Translations under genes and position numbers: made by a program
The notes under the pieces: model-generated
Database searches by the model: none
Told to the model about the DNA's origin: nothing
The model's input: the letters and a program-made list of their open reading frames with translations, nothing else
Shown: piece after piece, positions 35,989-45,648 of the stretch
Position numbering within the stretch: position 1 is the first letter of the stretch
Layout: each line of letters starts with the position of its first letter
NCBI GenBank assembly: GCA_965204755.1
Contig: OZ242011.1
Coordinates: 1,024,001-1,088,000 of the forward strand
Reading direction: 5' to 3'
Source of the DNA: Candidatus Marinacidobacterium sp.
GTDB taxonomy: Bacteria; Acidobacteriota; Vicinamibacteria; Marinacidobacterales; Marinacidobacteraceae
Length of the DNA: 64,000 bases

Positions 35989-37140
35989 ATGTCCGTTCTC
36001 ACCGGCGTTCCGGCCCCGGCCCGCGCCGTCCCGCCGCCCGCCCCCGTCCTGTTGAACGCCGCCGCCTTCGGCGCCGCCGGACAGCGGGCATCCCGAACGC
36101 CCCGAACGCCCCGAACACCCCGTCCGACGACGGCGCCCGCCCCGGCCCACGAGCCGGTGATGGTCGCCCGCGTCCTCCACCACCTCGCCCCGAGGCCCGG
36201 CGGGAGATACCTCGACGCCACCTTCGGGCGGGGCGGGCACTCGCGGGCCATCCTCGAAGCCGCGGCCGGGCGCGCCGGCCACGCCGACCACCCGCCAGCC
36301 GCGCTTCTCGCCCTCGACCGGGACCCGGCGGCCGAACCCGCCGCCGCCGAAATCGCCGCCGGACACCCCGGCTTCCGCTTCCTCCGCCGGGACTTCGCGG
36401 AACTCGACGCCGCACTCGACGAAGCCGCCGCCGGCGCCCCCGACGGCCCCGGCCTCGACGGCATCCTCTTCGACCTCGGCGTCTCCAGCCCGCAACTCGA
36501 CGCCCCCGCGCCCGGAGACCCCGGAGCCCCCGGCCGCGGCTTCTCCTTCCTCCGGGACGAGCCGCTGGACATGCGGTTCGACCCGGGCGGCGGCGACGAG
36601 ACCGCCGCCGAACTCCTCGACCGCCTCGAGGAGCCGGAGATCGCCGACCTCCTCTTCGCCGCCGGCGAGCGCCGCTCCCGCGCCATCGCCCGGAAGATCG
36701 CCGCGCGCCGGCCCCTCCGCACCACCGGCGACCTCCGCGCCGCAGTCATCGCCGCCGTCGGCCCCAGGCGCGCCCGCCTCGACCCGGCGACCCGAACCTT
36801 CCTCGCCGTCCGCCGCGCCGTGAACCGCGAGGCCGAGGCGCTCGACAAAGCGCTCGACAAGGCCCCCGCCCTCCTCGCCCCCGGCGGCGCGCTGGTCGTC
36901 CTCTCCTACCACTCGGACGAGGACCGCCCGGTGAAGCGCCGCTTCCGCGAACTCGCCGCGGCCGGCGGCTTCACCGTGGAGACCCGCCGCCCGGAACGCC
37001 CCGACGAGGACGAAGCCGCGAGGAACCGCCGGGCGAGAAGCGCCCGCCTCCGCGCCCTCCGCCGCCACGCCCCGACCCCGGCCCGACAGACACCGGCCCG
37101 ACAGGACCGCCCGACACCGGACCGCCCGACCGAGCGATGA
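35989..37140 (+). CDS. rsmH: 16S rRNA m4C1402 methyltransferase (start approximate)
   Basis: Motifs HEPVM, DATFGRGGHS, FDLGVSSPQLD, RGFSF...PLDMR, SYHSDEDR, RARSARLR. Confidence 0.93.
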   Translation: MSVLTGVPAPARAVPPPAPVLLNAAAFGAAGQRASRTPRTPRTPRPTTAPAPAHEPVMVARVLHHLAPRPGGRYLDATFGRGGHSRAILEAAAGRAGHADHPPAALLALDRDPAAEPAAAEIAAGHPGFRFLRRDFAELDAALDEAAAGAPDGPGLDGILFDLGVSSPQLDAPAPGDPGAPGRGFSFLRDEPLDMRFDPGGGDETAAELLDRLEEPEIADLLFAAGERRSRAIARKIAARRPLRTTGDLRAAVIAAVGPRRARLDPATRTFLAVRRAVNREAEALDKALDKAPALLAPGGALVVLSYHSDEDRPVKRRFRELAAAGGFTVETRRPERPDEDEAARNRRARSARLRALRRHAPTPARQTPARQDRPTPDRPTER

Positions 37141-37517
37141 ACGCCGAGCACTTCCAACTCGACTACCGGCCGGGCAACCGCTGGCTCCGGCGGAAGATCG
37201 ACCCCGCCCGCTACCGCCGCCTGCTGAAGCACTGCGCCGCGGCGGTGCTGGTCCTGCTCGCGCTGGTCGCCGCCGCCTGGCCGCGCCTCGAAGCCGTCCG
37301 CCTCGGCTACCGGGTCGAGGAACTCCGCCACGAGAAGGAGGAGTTGGAGAAGGCCGTCCTCCGCCTCCGCGCCGACCTCGGCGCGATCACCGAACCCGGC
37401 CGGCTGGAGCGCGCCGCCCGCGAGCGCTTCGGCCTCACCGCCCCCGCCGAGTTCGCGCGCGTCGTCCTGCCCGCCGAGGCGGCCCCGCCCGCCGGCGCGA
37501 CGGAGAGGCCGCGATGA
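37137..37517 (+). CDS. ftsL: Cell division protein FtsL
   Basis: Single TM segment plus coiled coil ending P.RLERAARERFGL..P; lies between rsmH and ftsI. Confidence 0.8.
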   Translation: MNAEHFQLDYRPGNRWLRRKIDPARYRRLLKHCAAAVLVLLALVAAAWPRLEAVRLGYRVEELRHEKEELEKAVLRLRADLGAITEPGRLERAARERFGLTAPAEFARVVLPAEAAPPAGATERPR

Positions 37518-40021
37518 CCGAGCGCCCGACCGACGCCCTCCGCCCGCTCGACCCGGCGAACGCCCCGACCGGGAACACCCCGACCGGGAAGCCCCCGACC
37601 GGCGGGACCCCGACGGGCAAGACCCCGCCCGCCGCCGCCGGCGCGCGCCCCGACGCCGCCGCCCCCCCGAGCCTCTTCCCCGGCGTCCGCGCCCCCACCA
37701 AGCCCCGGCGCAAGGCCCGCCGCCGCCGCACCGACCGGGAAGCCCCCGGCGACCGCGCCCCCGCCGCCACCGCCAAGCGCCGCAAACAGCGCCGCGCCGC
37801 CGCCCCCCGCCCCGAGCCCGCCCGGTTCCCGCCCCCCCCGAACAAACCCGACCCGGCCGCCGCCGCCCGCGCGGCGCAGACCCGCCGCCGCATCATGGTC
37901 GGCGTCGGCCTCCTCGCGGTCTGGGGCGCAGTCATCGGCGGCCGACTGGTCCAGACCCAGGTCTTCCACCACGACCAGATGCTGGCGCAGGCGGCCAACC
38001 AGCACCACCACCGCCTCACCATCCCGCCCTTCCGGGGCGCGATCTCCGACCGCAACGGCCGCCCGCTGGCGCTCACCGTCGCCGCGGAGTCGGTGTACGC
38101 CGAGCCGCCCAACTACCGCGGCGCCGACCTCCGCGCCGCCGCCGCCGCGCTCGCCGCCTGCCTCGACCGCGCCCCGGCGCACATCGAACGCCGCCTGCGC
38201 CGCCCCTCGGAGTTCTCCTGGCTCCGCCGCAAGGCCTCCCGCGAGCAGGCCGCCTGCGCCCGGGAGAGCGGCCACCCCGTCGGCGTCATCGAGGAGTACG
38301 ACCGCGCCTACCCCGGCGGCGCGCTCGCCGCCCACCTCGTCGGCTATGTCGGGGTGGACGGGAACGGGCTCGGCGGGATCGAGCACGCGCTCGACGGGCG
38401 GATCCGGGGCGAACCCGGCCGCCGCACCGTCTGGACCGACGGCCGCCGCACGGGGCGCCGCAGCCGGGTGGACGAAGCGCCCCGCCCCGGCGCCGATGTC
38501 CGGCTCACGGTGGACCTCCGGGCGCAGGCCATCGCCGAGGACGAACTCGCCCGGGGGGTCGAGGAGACCGGCGCCCGGGGCGGCGTGGCGATCCTGCTCG
38601 AAAGCGCCACCGGGGAGGTCCTGGCGCTCGCCGGGCTCCCCGCCTTCGACCCGAACCGCTACGGGGCGTTCCCCCGCGCGGCGCTGCGGAACCAGGCGTT
38701 CACCGACCCCTACGAGCCGGGCTCGGTGTTCAAGGTCGTCACCGCGGCGGCGGCCCTCGAGGAGGGGGTCACCTACGAGGAAGAGCCGTTCGACACCCAC
38801 GGCGGGCGGTACGCCGTCGGGAACCGGGTCGTCCGCGACTGGCAGCCGCTCGGCCCGCTGACCTTCGCCGGGGTCATCCGCCGGTCCTCGAACATCGGGA
38901 CGCTGCAGGTGGCGGCGCGGCTGGGTTCGCGCCGGATGCTGCGCTACATCCGGGCGTTCGGGTTCGGGGCGCCCACCGGGATCGGCGGCCCCGGGGAGAG
39001 CCGGGGGATCGTCCCCGCCGCCGGGCGGTGGCGGCCGATCCGGCTGGCGACGGTCTCCTTCGGGCAGGGGATCGCGGTGACCCCGGCGCAGATGGCGCAG
39101 GCGGTGAATGTGATCGCCTCCGGCGGCGTCCGGATCCCGCTGCGGCTCACCCGCGAAGTGGGCGGCGAGCCGGCGGCCTTCGCCCGCGGCGAGCGGGTGG
39201 TCTCGGAGGCGACGGCCGCCCGGATGCGGCGGCTGCTCGCCGGGGTGGTGAGCGACGGCACCGGGCGGAGCGCCGGGGTCGCCGGGTTCGAGGTCGCCGG
39301 GAAGACCGGGACCGCGCAGAAGGCGGTTCCCGGCGGCTACTCGGAGACCGACTACATCGCCTCGTTCGCCGGGTTCGCCCCGGCGGAGCGCCCGCTGTTC
39401 ACCGCGGTGGTGCTGCTCGACACCAGCCAGCCGAACCACAGCGGGGCGAACGCGGCGCGGGTGTTCGGGCGGATCGCCGCCCGGATGCTCCGGCGGTACC
39501 GGAAGGCGCCGGCGGAGACGCCGACGCTGGTCGCCCGCGCCGCCCCGGCGAACCCCGCAGGCCTCTTCGCGCCGGTCGGGGAGGGCGCCGCAACCCCGTG
39601 GCCGCTCCGCCCGGCGCGGGGCGGCGGCTACCGGAACATCGGGTACGCCGGCGCCGCCGCGCCGCTCTCCTCCCGGGAGGCGGTCGCCGCCGCCCTGCGC
39701 CGGCCTCCGGGCGGCTTCTCCGAGCCGGGCAGCCTCGGCGAGCCGGGCGGCGAAGACCCCGCCCCGCCGGCGGAGCGGCCGCGCCCCTCCCCCACCCGCG
39801 TGGCCGACGCCGACCGGTCCGCCCCCCGCGCCGACCCGCCGGCGACCGAGAACCTCGCTCCCGCCGACTCGGCCCCCCCGGCGCCCGCGCCCGTCCCCCC
39901 GCCGCCGGCGGGCGACTCCCTCACCGCGCCGCCGACGAGCGGGGCGGAACCCTCTCCGGAAACACCCGGCGGCGAAGCGCCGCCGCCCTCGCCCCCGGCG
40001 GGGCGGAGGGGCCCCGCATGA
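37514..40021 (+). CDS. ftsI: Class B penicillin-binding protein FtsI
   Basis: Motifs RGAISDRNG, RAYP, EPGSVFK (SxxK), SSN, GKTGTAQK. Confidence 0.92.
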   Translation: MTERPTDALRPLDPANAPTGNTPTGKPPTGGTPTGKTPPAAAGARPDAAAPPSLFPGVRAPTKPRRKARRRRTDREAPGDRAPAATAKRRKQRRAAAPRPEPARFPPPPNKPDPAAAARAAQTRRRIMVGVGLLAVWGAVIGGRLVQTQVFHHDQMLAQAANQHHHRLTIPPFRGAISDRNGRPLALTVAAESVYAEPPNYRGADLRAAAAALAACLDRAPAHIERRLRRPSEFSWLRRKASREQAACARESGHPVGVIEEYDRAYPGGALAAHLVGYVGVDGNGLGGIEHALDGRIRGEPGRRTVWTDGRRTGRRSRVDEAPRPGADVRLTVDLRAQAIAEDELARGVEETGARGGVAILLESATGEVLALAGLPAFDPNRYGAFPRAALRNQAFTDPYEPGSVFKVVTAAAALEEGVTYEEEPFDTHGGRYAVGNRVVRDWQPLGPLTFAGVIRRSSNIGTLQVAARLGSRRMLRYIRAFGFGAPTGIGGPGESRGIVPAAGRWRPIRLATVSFGQGIAVTPAQMAQAVNVIASGGVRIPLRLTREVGGEPAAFARGERVVSEATAARMRRLLAGVVSDGTGRSAGVAGFEVAGKTGTAQKAVPGGYSETDYIASFAGFAPAERPLFTAVVLLDTSQPNHSGANAARVFGRIAARMLRRYRKAPAETPTLVARAAPANPAGLFAPVGEGAATPWPLRPARGGGYRNIGYAGAAAPLSSREAVAAALRRPPGGFSEPGSLGEPGGEDPAPPAERPRPSPTRVADADRSAPRADPPATENLAPADSAPPAPAPVPPPPAGDSLTAPPTSGAEPSPETPGGEAPPPSPPAGRRGPA

Positions 40022-41640
40022 CACCGGCCCCCGCCGCCGCGCCGAAGAGCGCCGGGCGCGACCGGCGCGGGGCGACCGCCCGGCCCACCCTCCGCCGGAT
40101 CCTCGCCCAGGCGCTCCCCGCCGCCCCCGAACCGGAGTTCGGGAAGGGCGCGGAGCGGGCGGTCATCACCGGCGTCGCCTCCGACTCCCGCCGGGTGAAG
40201 GCCGGGGACCTCTTCATCGCCCTCCGGGGCGCGTTCCACGACGGCCACGACCACCTCGCGCAGGCGGAAGCCCGGGGCGCGGCGGCGGCGCTGGTCGAGA
40301 CCGCCCCGAAGGACGCCCCCCTCCCCTGGGCGCGCGTCCCGGACACCCGGAAGGCCGCCGGCCCGGTGGCCGACGCGGCGTACCGCTCCCCGAGCGAACG
40401 CCTCCGCCTGGTGGGCGTCACCGGCACCAACGGCAAGACCACCGTCGCCTGGCTGCTCGACCAGGCGTTCCGCCGCCGGGAGGGCGCCGGCCTGCTCGCC
40501 GGGACGCTGGGGCACCGGTTCTCCGCCGGCGGGCGGCAGAGCCGGCTCACCGAACCCCGGCTCACCACCTGGGAGGCCCCGGCCCTCACCGCCTTCCTCG
40601 CCCGGGCGGAACACGCCGGCTGCACCTTCGGCGCGGTGGAGTGCTCGTCGCACGGGCTGGCGCTCGACCGGCTCTCCGCCACCCGGTTCGAGGCCGCGGT
40701 GTTCACCAACCTGACCCCCGACCACGGGGACTTCCACCCCGACTTCGAGCACTACTACCGGGCGAAGGCCCGGCTGTTCACCGACCTCCTCCGCCCGCAG
40801 GGGACGGCCGTGATCTCGCTCGACGACGCGCGGGGGCGGCGGCTCGCCGGCGAACTCCGGGCGGCGCGGGGGGATGTCCGCGTCCTGACCTACGGCGCGA
40901 ACGAGGAGGCGGAAGTCCGGATCACCGAGACGCATTCCGACCTCGAGGGCACCCGGCTGCTCCTCTCCACGCCGGAGGGGTCGCTCGGCATCTCCAGCCG
41001 GCTGGTCGGCGGGTTCAACACCGAGAACCTGACGGCGGCCTGGGCGGCGCTGACCGCGCTCGGCGTCCCCGGGAAGGACGCCGCCGACCTGCTGGGCCGG
41101 GCGCAGCCGCCGCCGGGGCGGATGGAGCGGGCGCTCCCGCGGGGGCTCGACGACCCGGAGGCGCCGGTGGCGCTGGTGGACTACGCCCACACCCCGGACG
41201 CGCTGGAGCGGGCGCTCGCCGCCTGCCGGGAGATCGCCGGCCGACGGCCGCTCACCGTGGTCTTCGGCTGCGGCGGCGAGCGCGACCGGGTGAAGCGCTA
41301 CCTGATGGGGGAGGTGGCGGCGCGGCTGGCCGACCGGGTGGTGCTGACCTCGGACAACCCGCGCACCGAGGACCCGAACGACATCATCGAGGACATCCGC
41401 CGGGGCGCCGACCAGCCGGACGCCGAGCGGTCGCCGTCGCTCACCATCGCGCCGCTGCGGCGCGAGGCCATCGGGCGGGCGATCCGGGCGGCGGCGCCCG
41501 GCGAGGTGGTGCTCATCGCCGGCCGGGGCCACGAGACCCACCAGCAGATCGGCGGGAAGCGGCGCGCCTTCTCCGACCGCAAGGCGGCGGAGGAAGCGCT
41601 CCGCAACCGCGCCGCCGGGCCGGGGTGGCAGGGCGCGTGA
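40018..41640 (+). CDS. murE: UDP-MurNAc-tripeptide synthetase (meso-DAP type)
   Basis: Motifs DSRRV, GVTGTNGKTT, ECSSH, FTNL, DYAHTPD, FGCGG, DNPR, GHE. Confidence 0.93.
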   Translation: MTPAPAAAPKSAGRDRRGATARPTLRRILAQALPAAPEPEFGKGAERAVITGVASDSRRVKAGDLFIALRGAFHDGHDHLAQAEARGAAAALVETAPKDAPLPWARVPDTRKAAGPVADAAYRSPSERLRLVGVTGTNGKTTVAWLLDQAFRRREGAGLLAGTLGHRFSAGGRQSRLTEPRLTTWEAPALTAFLARAEHAGCTFGAVECSSHGLALDRLSATRFEAAVFTNLTPDHGDFHPDFEHYYRAKARLFTDLLRPQGTAVISLDDARGRRLAGELRAARGDVRVLTYGANEEAEVRITETHSDLEGTRLLLSTPEGSLGISSRLVGGFNTENLTAAWAALTALGVPGKDAADLLGRAQPPPGRMERALPRGLDDPEAPVALVDYAHTPDALERALAACREIAGRRPLTVVFGCGGERDRVKRYLMGEVAARLADRVVLTSDNPRTEDPNDIIEDIRRGADQPDAERSPSLTIAPLRREAIGRAIRAAAPGEVVLIAGRGHETHQQIGGKRRAFSDRKAAEEALRNRAAGPGWQGA

Positions 41641-41650
41641 GGAGGTCCCC

Positions 41651-43093
41651 GTGCGCCTGAGCGCCGGCGAAGCGGCGGCGGCCATGGCCGGACGGGTCCG
41701 GCCCCCGGCGCCGGCCGAGCCGCGGGAGATCACCGGCGTTTCCATCGACAGCCGCCGAATCGCCGCCGGGGACCTCTTCTTCGCCGTCCGGGGGCCGAAC
41801 CGGGACGGCCACGCCTTCGTCGCCGACGCGCTGGCGCGGGGCGCCGCCGGGGCCGTCGTCGCCGGGGGCGCCCCCCCGATTGGCGAAACCGCCCCCGGCG
41901 CGTTCCTCATCGAAGTGGACGACCCCACGACCGCGCTCGGCGCCCTCGCCCGAAGCCGGCGCCTCGCGAGCCGCGCGGAGATCGCCGCGATCACCGGCAG
42001 CGTGGGCAAGACCACGGCGAAGGAAGCCGCCGCCGCCGCCATCGGCGCGACCCGGCGGGTCTTCCGCTCGCCGGGCAACCTGAACAACCAGTGGGGCCTG
42101 CCGCTCTCGCTGCTCGCCGCCGCCGGGGACGAGGAAGTCGGCGTGGTCGAACTCGGCATGTCCGCGCCCGGCGAGATCCGGACGCTGACCGAAATCGCCG
42201 TCCCCGACGCCGCCGTGGTGACCGCCGTCGCCGAGGCCCACCTCGAGAACTTCGCCTCCCTCGAGGAGATCGCCGCCGCGAAGGGCGAGATCTACGAAGC
42301 GCTCCCGGAGGGCGCGACCGCGGTGGTGAACGCCGACGACCCGCGGGCCGCCGGCGAGGCCCGGCGGTTCGCCGGGAAGCGGGTCTCCTACGGGTTCTCC
42401 GACGGCGCCGAGGTGCGCGCCTCGGACTTCCGGGCGGAGGCGGACGGGGGGATCGCCTTCCGGGTGGGCGCCTTCGGCGGGGCGCCGGAGACCGTCCGCT
42501 GCGGGCTGACCGGACGCCACAACGCCCTGAATGTCCTCGCCGGGCTGACCCTCGCGCTGGTCCTCTCCGTCCCGCTGCCGGCGGCGGCCGCCGGGGTCCG
42601 CCCGCTCTCCCCGCTCCCCGGCCGGGGCGAGCGGCGGCCGCTCCCGGGCGGCGCGGTCGCCTTGGACGAGACCTACAACTCCAGCCCGGCGGCGCTCCGC
42701 GCGGTCATCGCCGCCCTCGCGGAGACCCCGGCGGGGACCGCGAGCCCCCGTCGAATACCCCTCCGGATTCTCGTCGCCGGGGACATGCTCGAACTCGGCG
42801 ACCGCGCCGAGCCGCTCCACGCCGAGTGCGGCCGCCTCGCCGCCGAAGCCGGACTCGACCTCGTCGTCGGCGTCGGCCCCCTCGGCGCCCGCCTCGCGGA
42901 GGCGGCGCGGGCGGCCGGCGCGAAGTCCGCCGCCGCCGTCGAGGACCCCGAACAGGCCGCCGACCTGCTCGCCGGCCGCCTCGGCCCCGGCGACCTGGTG
43001 GCCTTCAAGGCGTCCCGCGCCGTCGGCCTCGAACGCGCCGTCGCCCTTCTCGCCGGGGACGCCCCGGCCGACCGGAACCGGGAAGGCCCCTAG
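41651..43093 (+). CDS. murF: UDP-MurNAc-pentapeptide synthetase
   Basis: Motifs IDSRR, ITGSVGKTT, NLNNQWGLP, ELGM, AHLE, YNSSP, GDMLELG, KASR. Confidence 0.93.
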   Translation: MRLSAGEAAAAMAGRVRPPAPAEPREITGVSIDSRRIAAGDLFFAVRGPNRDGHAFVADALARGAAGAVVAGGAPPIGETAPGAFLIEVDDPTTALGALARSRRLASRAEIAAITGSVGKTTAKEAAAAAIGATRRVFRSPGNLNNQWGLPLSLLAAAGDEEVGVVELGMSAPGEIRTLTEIAVPDAAVVTAVAEAHLENFASLEEIAAAKGEIYEALPEGATAVVNADDPRAAGEARRFAGKRVSYGFSDGAEVRASDFRAEADGGIAFRVGAFGGAPETVRCGLTGRHNALNVLAGLTLALVLSVPLPAAAAGVRPLSPLPGRGERRPLPGGAVALDETYNSSPAALRAVIAALAETPAGTASPRRIPLRILVAGDMLELGDRAEPLHAECGRLAAEAGLDLVVGVGPLGARLAEAARAAGAKSAAAVEDPEQAADLLAGRLGPGDLVAFKASRAVGLERAVALLAGDAPADRNREGP

Positions 43094-43095
43094 AG

Positions 43096-44175
43096 ATGCT
43101 CGGAGAACTCCTGGAGTCGCTCGCGGAACTCCACCCGGTGTTCGGGGTGTTCCGGTATGTGACCGTGCGCACCGCCGCCGCCGCGGTAACCGCCATCGCG
43201 CTCTCGCTGGGCCTCGGGCGGGTCCTCATCGGCTGGCTCACCCGGCTGCGGGTGGGCGAGAACATCCGCGCCGACGGCCCGGCCCACCACCGGGACAAGG
43301 CCGGGACGCCCACGATGGGCGGCGTCCTCATCGTCACCTCGGTGACCCTCTCCACCGTCCTCTGGGCCGACCCGGCGAACCCGCTGGTCTGGGTGGCGGC
43401 GCTGACCGTCCTCGGCTTCGCCGGGCTGGGCTTCGCCGACGACTACCGGAAACTCCGCCGGGGCCGGGGCATCTCCATCCCGGTCAAGTTCGGGGCGCAG
43501 GTGGGGCTGGCGCTCGGCGCCTCCGGCTTCCTCCTCTGGTACTCCGCCTCCGGCGCGTTCACCACCCGGGTCATCGTCCCGTTCATCAAGGAGTTCCAGC
43601 CGGAACTCGGCTGGCTGCTGCTCCCCTGGGTGGTGCTGGTGATCGTGGGCTCGTCGAACGCGGTGAACCTGACCGACGGGCTCGACGGGCTGGCGTCGGG
43701 GTCGGTGCTGGTCGCCGCCGGCGCGTTCACCGTCCTGACCTACCTCTCCGGGCACGCCGAGTTCTCCGAGTACCTGGACATCCTGTTCGTCCCGGGGGCC
43801 TCGGAACTCACCATCTTCGGGGCGGCGCTCTCCGGGGCGGCGCTGGGGTTCCTCTGGTTCAACGCCCACCCGGCGCAGGTGTTCATGGGCGATGTGGGCT
43901 CGCTGGCGCTCGGCGCCGGCATCGGGATGCAGGCGATCCTGATCCGGCAGGAGATCCTGCTGGCGCTGGTGGGCGGGGTCTTCGTGCTGGAGGCGGTCTC
44001 GGTGATCGTGCAGTCCGGCTACTTCAAGTTGACCGGGCGCCGGGTCTTCCGCATGGCGCCGCTCCACCACCACTTCGAACTCGGCGGCTGGACCGAGACG
44101 CAGGTGACCGTCCGGTTCTGGATCCTGGCGGTGCTCTGCGCGCTCGCCACCCTGACCACGCTGAAGATCCGATGA
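43096..44175 (+). CDS. mraY: Phospho-MurNAc-pentapeptide transferase
   Basis: Motifs KAGTPTMGG, DDY.K, SNAVNLTDGLDGLA, FMGDVGSL, MAPLHHHFE. Confidence 0.95.
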   Translation: MLGELLESLAELHPVFGVFRYVTVRTAAAAVTAIALSLGLGRVLIGWLTRLRVGENIRADGPAHHRDKAGTPTMGGVLIVTSVTLSTVLWADPANPLVWVAALTVLGFAGLGFADDYRKLRRGRGISIPVKFGAQVGLALGASGFLLWYSASGAFTTRVIVPFIKEFQPELGWLLLPWVVLVIVGSSNAVNLTDGLDGLASGSVLVAAGAFTVLTYLSGHAEFSEYLDILFVPGASELTIFGAALSGAALGFLWFNAHPAQVFMGDVGSLALGAGIGMQAILIRQEILLALVGGVFVLEAVSVIVQSGYFKLTGRRVFRMAPLHHHFELGGWTETQVTVRFWILAVLCALATLTTLKIR

Positions 44176-44178
44176 GCG

Positions 44179-45648
44179 ATGGGCGCGTCCCTTTCGCGGC
44201 GGGTCCCCGGGCGGACGGCGCTGGCGCTGGGCCTCGGCGTTTCGGGGACGGCGGCGGCGCGGTGCCTCGCGGCCCTGGGCCGGGAGGTGACCGCGGCGGA
44301 CGCCCGCCCGGAGTCCGAAGTCGCGGCGGCCGCGGCGGCGCTCCGGGAGGTCGGGGTCTCGGTTCGCTGCGGAGGCCATCCGCCGGAGTTGCTCGAGGGC
44401 TGCGACCTGGTGGTCGCTTCGCCGGGGATCCCCCCCTCCACGCCGATCCTCGCGGCGGCGCGCTCCGCCGGGATCCCGGTGTTCTCCGAACTCGAACTCG
44501 GCTTCCGGGCGCTCGGCGAACCCGCGGAGCGGCTCGTCGCGGTTACCGGGACGAAGGGGAAGTCCTCGGTGGTCACGCTGCTCGCCGACATCCTGCGGCG
44601 GAGCGGCCGGCCGGCGGAAGGGGCCGGGAACCTGGGGGCGCCGCTCTGTTCGTTCTTCGGGGCCTCCCCGGTCTCCGGGGCGGAGCCGCTGCTGGTCGTC
44701 GAGGCCTCCTCGTTCATGCTGGCCGGGACTTCCCGGTTCCGGGCGGGGACTTCGGTGCTGCTCGCGGTCACCGAAGACCACCTGGACTGGCACCCCGACC
44801 TCGACCACTACCGGGCCTCGAAGGCCCGGCTCTTCGAGAACCTGCGGCCAGGCGACCGGATCGCGGCCGACGCGGGGGACCCGGTGGCCGCTGAACTCGC
44901 CCTCGCCGCCGCCGCCCGAACGGGGGCCGACTACCTGCCCTTCGGCGGCCGGCCGGGCGGCCGGGACGACGAAGTGCTCCTGACCGGAGACGGCCCCGCC
45001 GGGCGGATCGAACGCCGGACCGGGGGCGAACGGACGGTCCTCGCGGACGCCGCCCGCCTCCGCCTCCCCGGCGGGCACCAGCGGCGCAACCTGGCCGCCG
45101 CGGCCGCCGCGGCGAGCCTCTTCGGCGTCGAGCGCCCGGCCATCGAAGCCGCCGCCGCCGCCTTCGCCGGGATGCCGCACGCCCTCGAGGAACTCCCGGC
45201 CGCCGCCGGGGTCCGCTTCGTGAACGACTCCCGGGCGACGAACCCGGCGGCCACCCGCGCCGCGCTCGCCGCCCTGGCCGAAGCCGACCCGCCGCCGGAG
45301 GTCCACCTGATCCTCGGCGGCATCCTCAAGGCCGGCCGCTTCGCCGACCTCGAACCCTCCCTCGCCGGCGTCCGGACGATCCAGGCGATCGGCGAGAGCC
45401 GCGAGCGCGCCGCCGCCGAAATCACTTCGGTCCCGGTCTCCCTCCGGGACAGCCTCGACGACGCGGTCGCCGCCGCCTTCGCCGCCGCCGGGATGGGCGC
45501 CGCCGGGAGGGACGCCGCCGCCGGGCCGCCCCCGGTCGTCCTCCTCTCCCCGGCCTGCTCCTCCTTCGACCAGTTCGAGAGTTACCGCGCCCGCGGCGAG
45601 CGGTTCCGGGAAGCCGCGGCCCGCCTCCGGGAAGGGGGCCCCCGGTGA
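44179..45648 (+). CDS. murD: UDP-MurNAc-L-Ala:D-Glu ligase
   Basis: Motifs SPGIP, VTGTKGKSS, GNLG, EASSF, DHLDWH, NDSRATN, LLSPACSSFDQF..Y..RG..F. Confidence 0.9.
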   Translation: MGASLSRRVPGRTALALGLGVSGTAAARCLAALGREVTAADARPESEVAAAAAALREVGVSVRCGGHPPELLEGCDLVVASPGIPPSTPILAAARSAGIPVFSELELGFRALGEPAERLVAVTGTKGKSSVVTLLADILRRSGRPAEGAGNLGAPLCSFFGASPVSGAEPLLVVEASSFMLAGTSRFRAGTSVLLAVTEDHLDWHPDLDHYRASKARLFENLRPGDRIAADAGDPVAAELALAAAARTGADYLPFGGRPGGRDDEVLLTGDGPAGRIERRTGGERTVLADAARLRLPGGHQRRNLAAAAAAASLFGVERPAIEAAAAAFAGMPHALEELPAAAGVRFVNDSRATNPAATRAALAALAEADPPPEVHLILGGILKAGRFADLEPSLAGVRTIQAIGESRERAAAEITSVPVSLRDSLDDAVAAAFAAAGMGAAGRDAAAGPPPVVLLSPACSSFDQFESYRARGERFREAAARLREGGPR

